Source: a virus. From it: a stretch of DNA of 64,000 nt. Made by a program: the position numbers and the translations under genes. Position 1 is the first letter of the stretch; every line of letters starts with the position of its first letter. Where the stretch lies: positions 32,001-96,000 of IMG/VR virus record IMGVR_UViG_3300045988_079296; one strand, 5' to 3'. Shown in pieces: positions 1 through 9,202 of the stretch. Under the pieces are notes generated by a model, which was given only the letters and a program-made list of their open reading frames with translations, made no database searches and was not told the origin of the DNA.

Positions 1-788
1 ATACCCGCTCCACCTGCTGAAATCATGAACCGTTGTTCATCGTTATCCAAGAACTCCAAATATTGTTCGTTCAAGTCTTGTACTACTTCAACTGGGTCTT
101 TGTAGTCCTTCTCCTTTTTCTTCATCCGATAAACAAACTGGTCGTATTTGATACGTCCTTCTTTCGTTTTCAGATTGAACATTTTCTTGACACGGTCATC
201 GTTTTTGTCCAAATACCACTTCTCGGTGATTTTCGTTCCATCCGTTCCTCCCTCGTCTGCATCATCGTCAATATCTACGCTTGCATACTGATTGGTTGGA
301 GCTACATCGTCCTCATCATCGTCAGTTCCTGTGGTGGTTGAAGAAGAACTCTTTTTGCCCGTCATTTTCATGAGTTGAGCCAACGTTCCCGAAGTATCAA
401 CCTGAGACATGTCAAAACCTCTTGATTCCAAAGCGTCATAGGCAATCTTTCTCATTTGAGCGTTGCCGTTCTTACTATTAGCAACTTTCAAAAGGTTGTC
501 ATCGGAAGTCTTTTGAGCCCAAACTACTAATTGCTGTGAGTTCATAGCTTTACCGCCTTGAGCCTTTGCGTTGGCTATTTGTTGCGCTGACGGTTTTGAA
601 GGGGTTTTCTTTGCTCCACCTCCAGAGGCATTGTCGTCATCATCCTCCGAACCCGAAGAACTTCCACTTGCTTGTTTCTTGTTCTTAATCGGTCTCCAGT
701 CAAATTTGCCAGGCTTATACTCTGTCCAAACCCAAGGTTTGGATGGGTGAGTGTCACCTACCTGACGTGCTTTTTTAATTTCGTCCAT
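1..788 (-). CDS. hypothetical charged protein, truncated by left window edge
   Basis: ATG at 788-786 and the frame stays open to position 2. It is absent from the ORF track because there is no stop inside the window. Translation starts MDEIKKARQVGDTHPSKPWVWTEYKPGKFDWRPIK and continues with acidic/Ser-rich linkers. It supersedes + ORF 33-341 and - ORF 575-757. Confidence 0.6.
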   Translation of the reverse strand, partial: MDEIKKARQVGDTHPSKPWVWTEYKPGKFDWRPIKNKKQASGSSSGSEDDDDNASGGGAKKTPSKPSAQQIANAKAQGGKAMNSQQLVVWAQKTSDDNLLKVANSKNGNAQMRKIAYDALESRGFDMSQVDTSGTLAQLMKMTGKKSSSSTTTGTDDDEDDVAPTNQYASVDIDDDADEGGTDGTKITEKWYLDKNDDRVKKMFNLKTKEGRIKYDQFVYRMKKKEKDYKDPVEVVQDLNEQYLEFLDNDEQRFMISAGGAG

Positions 789-846
789 ATTACGATTATT
801 TAAACATTATGAAATATTCGTTACTATGGTATGTTTATAACTGGGC

Positions 847-2286
847 TCAATCAGTCTCCCATTCAATTGGAAGTTCTATACCATAGAAGTCCTCCATGAT
901 TTCCTTAGTTATCTTCTTAACATTTGGTGAATCCTTTCCTTTTTCAAGCTCCTTGTTAACAAGTTTTTCGCCTCCCTTAACAAGTCTGATAACCTCTTTC
1001 ATGTTATTCTTAGCATTAAAGACTTCATGAACCAAGGCATAATTCTCCAACGTATCTTTCAAATACTTCGCTGGACTCATCTTGTTCGCTTTCGCCAGAG
1101 CCTTCGCAAATTCCTTCGGAGTAGCATCCCAAGGAATAATGATTGCGTTGATGCTATCGAATAACGGGTCACACACTTCTTCGGTCATACCCTTTATCAG
1201 TCCTCTATAATCACGCAAAACTGGATAACAACCGTTCAACATAGCTTCTATAATGAAGCCGTTAATATGAGTTCGACAATATTGAGAATAATGAGCCGCC
1301 CAAGAAGGGTCAACGGCAAATCGACTTCTTCGGAGCTTCGCTGTAACTTCCTTAGAACTTATCTGCCCAAGATACTCCATACCATATTGTTCCGCTACAT
1401 CCCAAATCTTTTGTCCAATATATTCTTCACTAATGTCAGGGTCACGCTTTCGGCTGACCTTGTAAGGCTCTTTGCATTTCGTAGGAGCTACCATATATGC
1501 TTGTTCTATTCCCGAACCTGCTATTTGAACAGAATACTCGGAGTTTTTATTGAAATGCGGTACGGCTCTGATAAGGTCGTCAACGTGCTTCATGGACTTG
1601 AATATATGAGCGGCAAAGAAGTCAATATCACGCTTCGGTTTCATTACAATAGGCATCTTCGCCTTATCGTCCAAATATCTCGGATTAAGCAACAGAACTC
1701 TCGGTATTCCTAAATGCTCGCAGCAACGATATGCAGCAACGTGAGCGCATTCTATGAACAATATCTTCTCCCGTAAAGCCGTAATATTTGAGGCACGTAC
1801 ATCAAAGTAAGCATCGTGAGCAATGAATATTTGTTTTATCTTATCGGTTGGTAAATCGTAGAACTTCCACCAAAATGAAAAGTCTCTATCTCCCCAAGCA
1901 CTTGACTTAGTAGGCATAAAGTTCCACATTATTAAATCGAAGTTATCTACAAGATTATGCCAACGTTCAAGAGCGTTTGGTTCAAATACTCCGATACGAT
2001 TGCTGGGTGGTAAGAAAAACCCATAATAATTATTCTTCCAATATCCCGTTGCTTCATCATATTCATACCCTCCGTTTTGGGAATTGATTTTCAACTTCTC
2101 GGAGAACGTTCCATTTTCAAGTTTCTTGACCTTACTGTCGTAGGTCTTTTGCGTAGTTGCGGCGCAAGACAATTGGGCTATATCGACAACGTGGCCAAGA
2201 GCTTTTAATGCCTTGACCTTCGCTGTTACGTGTTCAATTATTCCTCCGTACTTAGCAATCTCAAAATCTGCTATAAGTATTCTCAT
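847..2286 (-). CDS. GT-B fold glycosyltransferase (GT4-like)
   Basis: 479 aa. The N-terminus MRILIADFEIAKYGGIIEHVTAKVKALKALGHVV fits the GT4 N-terminal pattern. C-terminal NGFIIEAMLNGCYPV resembles the EX7E segment. ATG at 2286. Confidence 0.6.
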   Translation of the reverse strand: MRILIADFEIAKYGGIIEHVTAKVKALKALGHVVDIAQLSCAATTQKTYDSKVKKLENGTFSEKLKINSQNGGYEYDEATGYWKNNYYGFFLPPSNRIGVFEPNALERWHNLVDNFDLIMWNFMPTKSSAWGDRDFSFWWKFYDLPTDKIKQIFIAHDAYFDVRASNITALREKILFIECAHVAAYRCCEHLGIPRVLLLNPRYLDDKAKMPIVMKPKRDIDFFAAHIFKSMKHVDDLIRAVPHFNKNSEYSVQIAGSGIEQAYMVAPTKCKEPYKVSRKRDPDISEEYIGQKIWDVAEQYGMEYLGQISSKEVTAKLRRSRFAVDPSWAAHYSQYCRTHINGFIIEAMLNGCYPVLRDYRGLIKGMTEEVCDPLFDSINAIIIPWDATPKEFAKALAKANKMSPAKYLKDTLENYALVHEVFNAKNNMKEVIRLVKGGEKLVNKELEKGKDSPNVKKITKEIMEDFYGIELPIEWETD

Positions 2287-2289
2287 AAT

Positions 2290-2976
2290 CTAAAATGGTA
2301 AATCTGAATCGTACCTTCTCCAAATTTCTTCGGGAAGGTTTTTCTTTATATAACCCTGCTCGTAAAACAATAAACCTGATTGTGAACGATAGAATTTGGA
2401 TGCTAATTTCCACTTAATATCCGCAAACTCTTCAACGGGAACTGAACGAGATAAATACCAATCTTCCTTTTGCTCTTTTACTTGCGCTTGAGAACGTCTC
2501 TTGTAAGAGTGCGGGAACTCCCGATAATAGTCCATGTCAGAGAAGTGAGTTTGTAACGTTTCCCGAACGAATAAGTGGAACGGGTGTCCAACCCCCCAAG
2601 GAGCAAGAACCTTGTACCCTTTATTCTTTTTCAAGAACTTTCTTACCCATTCAACCAACGCATCTTCAATCTCGGTTAATGTCTCACGTCCGAAGTATTG
2701 ATTCAGGTATTTATAAGCATTTTCCAAGGTGACTCCCTTCGGGTATGCCTTATTATACCCGTAATAACTTTCATCCTTGAAATCAAGCTCCAAATGATGA
2801 TACGGGATATTTAAAAACTCAAATAGCTTCGCATCCTCCGCTACTCTCTTCTCATCATTCTCAACGTTCAAAACTTGAACTTCATATTCGGGGAAGAATA
2901 GTACATGAGAACAGCAGAATAAAGCATCGTCCGAATGCGGAGCTACTATGAGATATTTTTGTTTTATTTTTCCCAT
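2290..2976 (-). CDS. PIG-L/LmbE-family de-N-acetylase-like protein
   Basis: 228 aa. LIVAPHSDDALF matches the family AHPDD-type motif, and a later GHPFH looks like a metal-ligand motif. It overlaps the upstream gene by 13 nt. Confidence 0.55.
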   Translation of the reverse strand: MGKIKQKYLIVAPHSDDALFCCSHVLFFPEYEVQVLNVENDEKRVAEDAKLFEFLNIPYHHLELDFKDESYYGYNKAYPKGVTLENAYKYLNQYFGRETLTEIEDALVEWVRKFLKKNKGYKVLAPWGVGHPFHLFVRETLQTHFSDMDYYREFPHSYKRRSQAQVKEQKEDWYLSRSVPVEEFADIKWKLASKFYRSQSGLLFYEQGYIKKNLPEEIWRRYDSDLPF

Positions 2977-3920
2977 TTCCTTCTTACGATAATAGGAGAT
3001 AAAAAGCCATCTTTGTGCACACTTTGTGCTAACTTCTTGACCTCTGGAGTTATCTCTGGCAAAGTCTCTTGACCCGAACTATCAGGCAAGAACCCTACAC
3101 GCATACTAATATTCGTACAACCACTACAAGGTCGGAAGTTACGACTGTAATTGTAGAGCATAATTCTCGCAGCTCGAAAACGTTCATGATTCCAAAGCTC
3201 TACAATCCCCATGTCGTTGATATTAGCAATCGGATATTCCCCACGGAAGTCATCGCAACATAAAGAAACGTTGCCATCGTATCGGAAAGCTAATTCACGG
3301 AAAGGCATAGCACAACGCTTGTTGTTATACGACTTATCCAACGGAGCTGCTGCACCGCAATGATTGGCAAGTTTACGTGTTATCTTGTTGTCCTCCTTAA
3401 TCGGTGGCAATAACAATATTCTCGGTTTCTTGTTGTTAGTGTACAACGGTATTCCCTTTTCATAGAATACAACGTTCCACGCCCCTTCGGGAAGTTTATT
3501 TACAAAATTCCAATCTCCCTCGTCCGTATAACAATCCACGATAAGATTGTTTATTCCAGCATCGAAAAGGCTCTCAACATATTCCTCTGTATTCTCGGCT
3601 CTATTTGCCGCATAACCGTTCGTGTACATATGTAAAATAGCATTCGGCAATTCCTCTCGGAATATCTTTACTATTTCCATAATCTTCGGATTCAACGTTG
3701 GCTCTCCATGCTGAGCGAATACTATTTTGCTATTCCAACCTGCTTTAGCAATCTCGCTCGCTATTCTCTTTGCGGTTTTGATACTCATGTGATTCCAAGG
3801 TTTCGTTCCTTTTTCACGCATACCTCTCAACCCACAGAAAGAGCATCCCAAATTACATCCTTCGGTTGGTTCAATTAGCACCGTGAACGGTGCTTGTTGT
3901 ACAATTTTCTTTTTAGCCAT
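2964..3920 (-). CDS. radical SAM enzyme with SPASM/twitch-like C-terminal Cys cluster
   Basis: 318 aa. CNLGCSFC is the CX3CX2C motif near the N-terminus. The C-terminal region reads CAMPFRELAFRYDGNVSLCCDDF...RPCSGC. Confidence 0.8.
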   Translation of the reverse strand: MAKKKIVQQAPFTVLIEPTEGCNLGCSFCGLRGMREKGTKPWNHMSIKTAKRIASEIAKAGWNSKIVFAQHGEPTLNPKIMEIVKIFREELPNAILHMYTNGYAANRAENTEEYVESLFDAGINNLIVDCYTDEGDWNFVNKLPEGAWNVVFYEKGIPLYTNNKKPRILLLPPIKEDNKITRKLANHCGAAAPLDKSYNNKRCAMPFRELAFRYDGNVSLCCDDFRGEYPIANINDMGIVELWNHERFRAARIMLYNYSRNFRPCSGCTNISMRVGFLPDSSGQETLPEITPEVKKLAQSVHKDGFLSPIIVRRKWEK

Positions 3921-3921
3921 T

Positions 3922-4854
3922 TTACTTTGAAACTTTTATATTCAACTTTACTCCTTTTAACTTTGGATTTTTTGATACTTTCTTTATCGGAACTGTGAAA
4001 GCTCTCGTTTCATCGCTCCAAGCAAAACCTTCCTTCTTATGGTTGATTGTGCAACGACAATATGGATGTATAGGAGATATGGTTGGAAGCCATTCTGCTA
4101 CCTTCCTCCCGATATTATTGCCGTTTGCTATAATGTCCTTTAGCTTGAATACAATCGGCTCGCTGTTTACGTCCTCTGGGTCGGTTAATAAAAGTTCTCT
4201 ACAATGCTTACAAGCACCTGGGTAAACATCGAAGTACACCTCAGCATCCGCTCCGTAATTCTTCAAGATACTTTGCGCTCTTCCTGCGTTGAACGCTTCG
4301 TGAGTAAGATAGTAGGCTATTCTCAACCAATCTACTTCCCAATCCTTAGACGTATCAGCAAGGTCAGCCGCCAATCCTCTCGCTCCCATTCTTAGCTCGG
4401 TAGCCTTAATAGTCTTTTGACGTATCATTTGTTGAACGACAAGAGCTTGTTGTTGATTGTTCCGTAGAACGTTATTACTCAATCCCGTCCTCATTCGGTT
4501 GCCCAAACTCGTTATATCGGTGTAGGCTCTATTCTTTACCGTTTCCAAGGCAAACTCTTCCTCTTCGGTAAGAGGAATGAAGTTGCCCGATTTCAAGAAC
4601 TTCTTGAATTGCGCATAAGACATATTTTGCGCTCTCTTATCTCCGATTGCTTCGGCAAGAATACCGAAAAGAAAAGCATGCTCAATTATTCCTTGAGCGT
4701 TCTTATACTTATCCAAATCTACTCCTGAAGCAATCAATATATCCTTATCCGTCTGGGATAGATAGTCTAATCCCAACTGTCCTGCTATGAACAAAAGCTC
4801 GTACCGCTTGAGTATTGATAGCATGTCTTGTATTTGTCCTTGGCTATAAATCAT
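3922..4854 (-). CDS. phage head morphogenesis protein (SPP1 gp7 / Mu F-like)
   Basis: 310 aa. The C-terminal IHPYCRCTI motif is typical of this family. ATG at 4854. Confidence 0.55.
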   Translation of the reverse strand: MIYSQGQIQDMLSILKRYELLFIAGQLGLDYLSQTDKDILIASGVDLDKYKNAQGIIEHAFLFGILAEAIGDKRAQNMSYAQFKKFLKSGNFIPLTEEEEFALETVKNRAYTDITSLGNRMRTGLSNNVLRNNQQQALVVQQMIRQKTIKATELRMGARGLAADLADTSKDWEVDWLRIAYYLTHEAFNAGRAQSILKNYGADAEVYFDVYPGACKHCRELLLTDPEDVNSEPIVFKLKDIIANGNNIGRKVAEWLPTISPIHPYCRCTINHKKEGFAWSDETRAFTVPIKKVSKNPKLKGVKLNIKVSK

Positions 4855-5042
4855 TTCTTTACCTCCGTTTCTTTAACGGCAGAAGCAGTTGCTTTGGCCA
4901 TGTACTTTAGAACCTCTGCGACTGCTTCTGCGGTATTGTTATTCCAAACCTTTACAAATTCATTTTCGTAAGCGGTTACTGCGGGAAACGGAGAAGGAAT
5001 GAAGTGGCCATTTTTTACAACTTCCTTCTTCGGCTTATCCAT
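4851..5042 (-). CDS. hypothetical protein
   Basis: 63 aa with an ATG start. Its stop overlaps the next start by 4 nt (ATGA). Confidence 0.5.
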   Translation of the reverse strand: MDKPKKEVVKNGHFIPSPFPAVTAYENEFVKVWNNNTAEAVAEVLKYMAKATASAVKETEVKK

Positions 5043-5046
5043 ATTG

Positions 5047-5622
5047 TTAAAATTTAATTCCTAAATCAAACGTGTATCCATATTCGTCTCTTATTCTTAA
5101 CCCTGATACGCCTATGATATATTTATTTTGAATATCCAACCCAAATTGTATCTTTTGAGCATCCAACTTTGGAGACGTACCGAACATTAACCAAGGTTGT
5201 AATTTAGGCACTTTGTAGATAGTTTCTGTCCTCGTGATAACCTTCCTTATAGGTTGAACGGTAGAAGTGGCAGAAAGCAGCTTATTTTCTTGTATAGATA
5301 CATCTGCGATGAACGTACCAAGCGTATCATTAGAGAAGTCCAATTTGTACTCTCTTTTCAAGTAATAGTCGCACCAAACTGCAAATAGAGCAGCGGTATC
5401 AGTCGGAACGGGAACTGGTCGGTCAACGGGAACTTCTACCCGATACGGAACTGGTCGGTCAATCGTATCATGTACGGCATACGGCTCTTTCTCCCATTTG
5501 ACAACTTCCTTTATCTCTGGAGCTGGTAGCTCAACGCTTGACCTCCCCCAAAGATAACCCAAGAACAGAGCTATGCCCACGACAATTAAAGCTCCTACGG
5601 AAATTTTGATTTTCTTATTCAT
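5047..5622 (-). CDS. secreted/membrane-anchored protein with DRPVP repeats
   Basis: 191 aa. There is an N-terminal hydrophobic helix, ISVGALIVVGIALFLGYLW. A 16-nt direct repeat ggaactggtcggtcaa at 5411-5426 and 5447-5462 encodes the DRPVP repeats. The C-terminus YGYTFDLGIKF resembles an outer-membrane beta-signal. Confidence 0.55.
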   Translation of the reverse strand: MNKKIKISVGALIVVGIALFLGYLWGRSSVELPAPEIKEVVKWEKEPYAVHDTIDRPVPYRVEVPVDRPVPVPTDTAALFAVWCDYYLKREYKLDFSNDTLGTFIADVSIQENKLLSATSTVQPIRKVITRTETIYKVPKLQPWLMFGTSPKLDAQKIQFGLDIQNKYIIGVSGLRIRDEYGYTFDLGIKF

Positions 5623-6106
5623 TGCCTTTATTTAATTTAGCTTCGTAATCACTTACCAACTTTTCCAATTGATTGATACGTTGCTTGTAATTACTTTCAG
5701 CCTTGTTTGACTCTTCCTCGAAAGCTCGGTATTGACTTAACAACTCATCATACTTCTTTCGGTCATTCTCCCGTTGTTGCTCATAGTCAATCCTCATTTG
5801 ATTGAGTTCTTCCCTAAAAGACTTAACTATGTTGTTGCTTAACTGCCTTTCGTTCTGAAATTCGGAGTACAGAGTATCATAACGTTGCTTCCACCAGATG
5901 TCCTTTGATTCAACCTCTTTCTGGAGAACGTCATAACGTGCTTTCCAAAATTCATCGCTCTTGATGTCCGCATTTGCCGTTGCTTCTCGGACTGTCTGTT
6001 GATACTTCTTCCTATCCAACGCCCTTTGAACGCAGGCATAACCTATACTGCCTGCTCCAAACAGCAAAGATAAAATTGTTACGATATTACTTGTAATCCA
6101 CTCCAT
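5615..6106 (-). CDS. membrane-anchored coiled-coil protein (holin/spanin-like candidate)
   Basis: 163 aa. An N-terminal TM helix (IVTILSLLFGAGSIGYA) is followed by a long charged coiled-coil region. It overlaps the next gene by 8 nt. Confidence 0.5.
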   Translation of the reverse strand: MEWITSNIVTILSLLFGAGSIGYACVQRALDRKKYQQTVREATANADIKSDEFWKARYDVLQKEVESKDIWWKQRYDTLYSEFQNERQLSNNIVKSFREELNQMRIDYEQQRENDRKKYDELLSQYRAFEEESNKAESNYKQRINQLEKLVSDYEAKLNKGNE

Positions 6107-6108
6107 GA

Positions 6109-6678
6109 CTATTCTTTGTTATTCTTCACACGAGTTATCCTCATTTTTGCTTGTTTCACTCTTTTCTGATAGTCCTCAACATTATAATCGGAGCGTAAAC
6201 AACGAACAATCTCGTCAGCAAAGGCTTGTATGATTTTCGGGAACGCTATGGAATAATGATTGAAGTCGCTTGGGTTGTTATACGTGCAAAGATAGAATAT
6301 TGCTTTTGTGTCGGAGCTTATTTTGTTAAAGAACTTGAACCACTCCTTATGATATGAATCAACAAACTTAAAATCTCTCCAATGTATTCTCGGAGTTAAT
6401 ATATCCAAGTTGTTAGATAGATTGTAAGCAAAATCACGGCTTATGTAAGAGCAGTTGCGATTCAACGTCAGTCCGCATCCTTCCTTGCCGTCTCGGAAGA
6501 AGTCTATGGCTATTGCAATTCCATACGTCTTATGCTGTCTGAAATAATTCAAAAGGTCATAAGCATTGTCCTCTACAACCTCAATCTTTCTTCTCCGAAG
6601 CTCTTCAGCAAGAGCCTTTTGGAATTGCTTCGCTGGCTTATCGAAGCGTTTTGTCGTCAAATAAACTATCTTACACAT
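6109..6678 (-). CDS. hypothetical protein; weak Amidase_3-like layout without obvious catalytic His/Glu
   Basis: 189 aa. By-eye segment order (KIVYL.. / IAIAIDFF / GCGLTL / AIFYLCTYNNPSDF / IIQAFADEI) parallels MurNAc-LAA amidases, but the Zn ligands are not recognisable. Confidence 0.25.
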   Translation of the reverse strand: MCKIVYLTTKRFDKPAKQFQKALAEELRRRKIEVVEDNAYDLLNYFRQHKTYGIAIAIDFFRDGKEGCGLTLNRNCSYISRDFAYNLSNNLDILTPRIHWRDFKFVDSYHKEWFKFFNKISSDTKAIFYLCTYNNPSDFNHYSIAFPKIIQAFADEIVRCLRSDYNVEDYQKRVKQAKMRITRVKNNKE

Positions 6679-6684
6679 AGTTGT

Positions 6685-7278
6685 TTATCTTTTTGGAGTG
6701 GCGTATGCAGTTGTTGCCGTTTCAGCACTCCCCTTTAACAATCCTTCCAAACGATTTATTTCATCCCTCTTCGCTTGACGTTCCTTTACAAGCTCATCTG
6801 CGTCATAGGGCATGTTTTCCGCTTTGGTAATCAATGATTCATAGCACTTCATAACCTTATAGTCAGAACCCTCCAAATCATTCTTTAATGCTTGTATTCT
6901 GGCATTAACGGCTGAACGGTCATTCTGTACAACTTCCCACTTTTGTAATACCGTTTCACCTTCCTCTACATAATAAGGTCGGATTGAATCAAGCTCCGTT
7001 TTCTCTCCGTTGAACTCCGACGGTATGTATTCTTTGAACAGCTCCAACTCTTTCAAAAAAGCTGCATATTCATCTTCCAACCCCTTTCGGATAACTATCA
7101 ATTGAAGTTCTTCAATAGTACGCTTATCGTCTTTTTTCTTCAATATAGGATTGATAATTTCATCCGTCACTCCGTTCTTCTCAAGAGACATTTCATATTG
7201 ACTCTTGAGCCTTTGTTGTTCGGCTTCGTAATTGATAACCTGAACAGCGTATCTACTTTTAATGACTGCTTTTAACAT
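6685..7278 (-). CDS. hypothetical coiled-coil protein
   Basis: The track ORF 6685-7317 starts at TTG. The first ATG (MLKAVIKSRY) is at 7278, 11 nt after the upstream stop. Confidence 0.5.
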   Translation of the reverse strand: MLKAVIKSRYAVQVINYEAEQQRLKSQYEMSLEKNGVTDEIINPILKKKDDKRTIEELQLIVIRKGLEDEYAAFLKELELFKEYIPSEFNGEKTELDSIRPYYVEEGETVLQKWEVVQNDRSAVNARIQALKNDLEGSDYKVMKCYESLITKAENMPYDADELVKERQAKRDEINRLEGLLKGSAETATTAYATPKR

Positions 7279-7289
7279 ATCTTTATAGT

Positions 7290-9197
7290 TTATCTTGTCC
7301 AACGTGCAAATAACCAACCTCCTGATGATTGTCCTTCGCCCATAGCAATGGAAGCATTATACAAAAATACAGCAAGCCTTCTCGCTCCCCCGATATTTAT
7401 ATAATCAACATTTTCATTATCAACGATTTTCTTTCCATTCCCTTGAACCGCAATATTAGCAGAATTTACTTGATTGATAATAACAAACTGTCCTTCTGCT
7501 GGAGCGGTTGGAAGAAAGACGTTTTTATTTTCTTGATTCAAGCAAGAAACAAATGAACAATCCGTATCAAGATAAATATCAGTATCGCTCATTACTTGAG
7601 TACCAAATGAAAGTCCTCCACTCTTTAGTCTCGCAAAATAAGCATCAAATACGATATTGGAACTTAATGAACCCTTAACACAAAGAGCTGATAAAGCTGC
7701 TCCAACTCCTACCGAATTATACACAAAGGGTGTTGTTCCTTGTCCGTTTACTACCATTGAAGCCGCACCGACAATATAATCAACTACGCTTCCCAAGAAA
7801 GTTCTTTCATAAGCAGGCAAGGTGAATTGCTGAGAAGTCGGTGTATTAACGCTTACTCCATCCCCCGCAGCATACATTCCCTTACTGTTTGTATCGACAA
7901 TTCTCAATCCCGAAGTTTTACTCAAATAAACATCTACTTGACTGCCTGGGCTTGTTACATCCTTTCGGAAAGTCAAAGCTCCATTCTTAAAATCAAGCGT
8001 AGTTCTACGGGTGGAAGAACTACCATTTACAAATTCTCTTGAATTTACAACTCCATTAGTTATTAAACCAATCTGGTTTAGCTTTCCTTGAGCCTTCGCA
8101 AATGCTTCGTCAATCGTATCTCCCGCAGCAATATCAGGAACAGTTCCTGCATAGTCCTTTGGCTCCCAATCGGAAGATATATTCAACGTACCGATATGAG
8201 AAAGCCAATATTGTAACTTTCTCAAAGCCGAATCAACCGTATCATTATTGTTTACCTTTTCGGGAACGGTTGATTCAGTGAAGTTCGTTGAAACTTTTAT
8301 GCCCGTAGCATATTTGAACTTATTTATGTATCTCTGAAACTTGCTGAGCACTGTATAGAGCGTATCTCCAGCTGCGGCATCCGTAGGCTCACCCCCTACT
8401 GAAAGTGCTGTAATCTTCTTATTTAAGATGTTTGCGTCAGAAGTCTGCTGAGTTATCAAATTAGTCATTTGAGTAAGCAAAGCGGAGTAGTTATTTGCTA
8501 TGTTCTCAATAGACTGGTCTTGCACTTCTTGTTCCTTAACGTAGGTATCATGCAAAACTACACCGCCAGATTTATCTCCCAACTCCAAAAGAGCAGAACT
8601 GAAATTGAAATAAATTCCCTTGTTCCATTTCAGGTCGTTTCCCGTTACCGTAGAAAGAAGGGAACTCAACTTGAATTTAATCAGACGCATTGTATTTGAG
8701 TTTTCGCTTTCTCTGTCCTTACCGTATATGTAAGCGGTGTTGAAAGACGGCTCTGATACTTCTACAAATTCAAAGTTCAGCTTGGTAGTCTCGGAATTAA
8801 ATTGACCGTTCTCCCCATCCAGAGTAAGGTTGTTTGAAGATACAAAGTAAGTCACATTACTTCCTAAATCATCTACAAGTAGATTTCCCGATACATCTAC
8901 ATATTGTATCTTTGTCTTAGTTATCGAAAGGGCAAGAACACTTCCCTTATCGGTAATGATAAAGAACTTACCAACGGATAACCCCGATTGTAATGCAATA
9001 TTGCGTAGCTCGGTATAAGTTATCGTTGAAAGAATACCTTGGTCAAGTATGACCCAATCTTTTAGGTTGTAGTCATATACTTTGTGACATTGCTGAGACG
9101 GTGTACTATCCCACCAAATTAATCTTACGTTCTGAGGTGGGGTAGTTCCAACGTGAATACCAGCGACTTGTCCTACATTTTTTGTATTTCCTGCCAT
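7290..9197 (-). CDS. tail fibre / receptor-binding-like structural protein
   Basis: 635 aa, Thr/Ser/Asn/Gly-rich and predicted beta-rich. It lies directly after the portal gene. The call rests on composition and position only. Confidence 0.35.
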   Translation of the reverse strand: MAGNTKNVGQVAGIHVGTTPPQNVRLIWWDSTPSQQCHKVYDYNLKDWVILDQGILSTITYTELRNIALQSGLSVGKFFIITDKGSVLALSITKTKIQYVDVSGNLLVDDLGSNVTYFVSSNNLTLDGENGQFNSETTKLNFEFVEVSEPSFNTAYIYGKDRESENSNTMRLIKFKLSSLLSTVTGNDLKWNKGIYFNFSSALLELGDKSGGVVLHDTYVKEQEVQDQSIENIANNYSALLTQMTNLITQQTSDANILNKKITALSVGGEPTDAAAGDTLYTVLSKFQRYINKFKYATGIKVSTNFTESTVPEKVNNNDTVDSALRKLQYWLSHIGTLNISSDWEPKDYAGTVPDIAAGDTIDEAFAKAQGKLNQIGLITNGVVNSREFVNGSSSTRRTTLDFKNGALTFRKDVTSPGSQVDVYLSKTSGLRIVDTNSKGMYAAGDGVSVNTPTSQQFTLPAYERTFLGSVVDYIVGAASMVVNGQGTTPFVYNSVGVGAALSALCVKGSLSSNIVFDAYFARLKSGGLSFGTQVMSDTDIYLDTDCSFVSCLNQENKNVFLPTAPAEGQFVIINQVNSANIAVQGNGKKIVDNENVDYINIGGARRLAVFLYNASIAMGEGQSSGGWLFARWTR

Positions 9198-9202
9198 ATC
9201 GT

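Noticed and set aside
33-757. Track ORFs 33-341 (+) and 575-757 (-)
   Set aside because: Both lie inside a longer, protein-like minus-strand frame (788 to the window edge). The ORF finder missed that frame only because it has no stop within the window.
5839-6039. Same-strand nested ORFs in alternative frames (5839-6039, 9988-10230, 18010-18195, 29986-30249, 29996-30178, 34969-35151, 37367-37561, 37933-38160, 45691-45963, 48640-48846, 58610-58861, 59879-60148, 61609-61821)
   Set aside because: Each is fully contained in, or heavily overlaps, a longer ORF with recognisable motifs or better coding character. Their composition is basic and low-complexity, typical of off-frame reads. 59879-60148 also runs across promoter P5.
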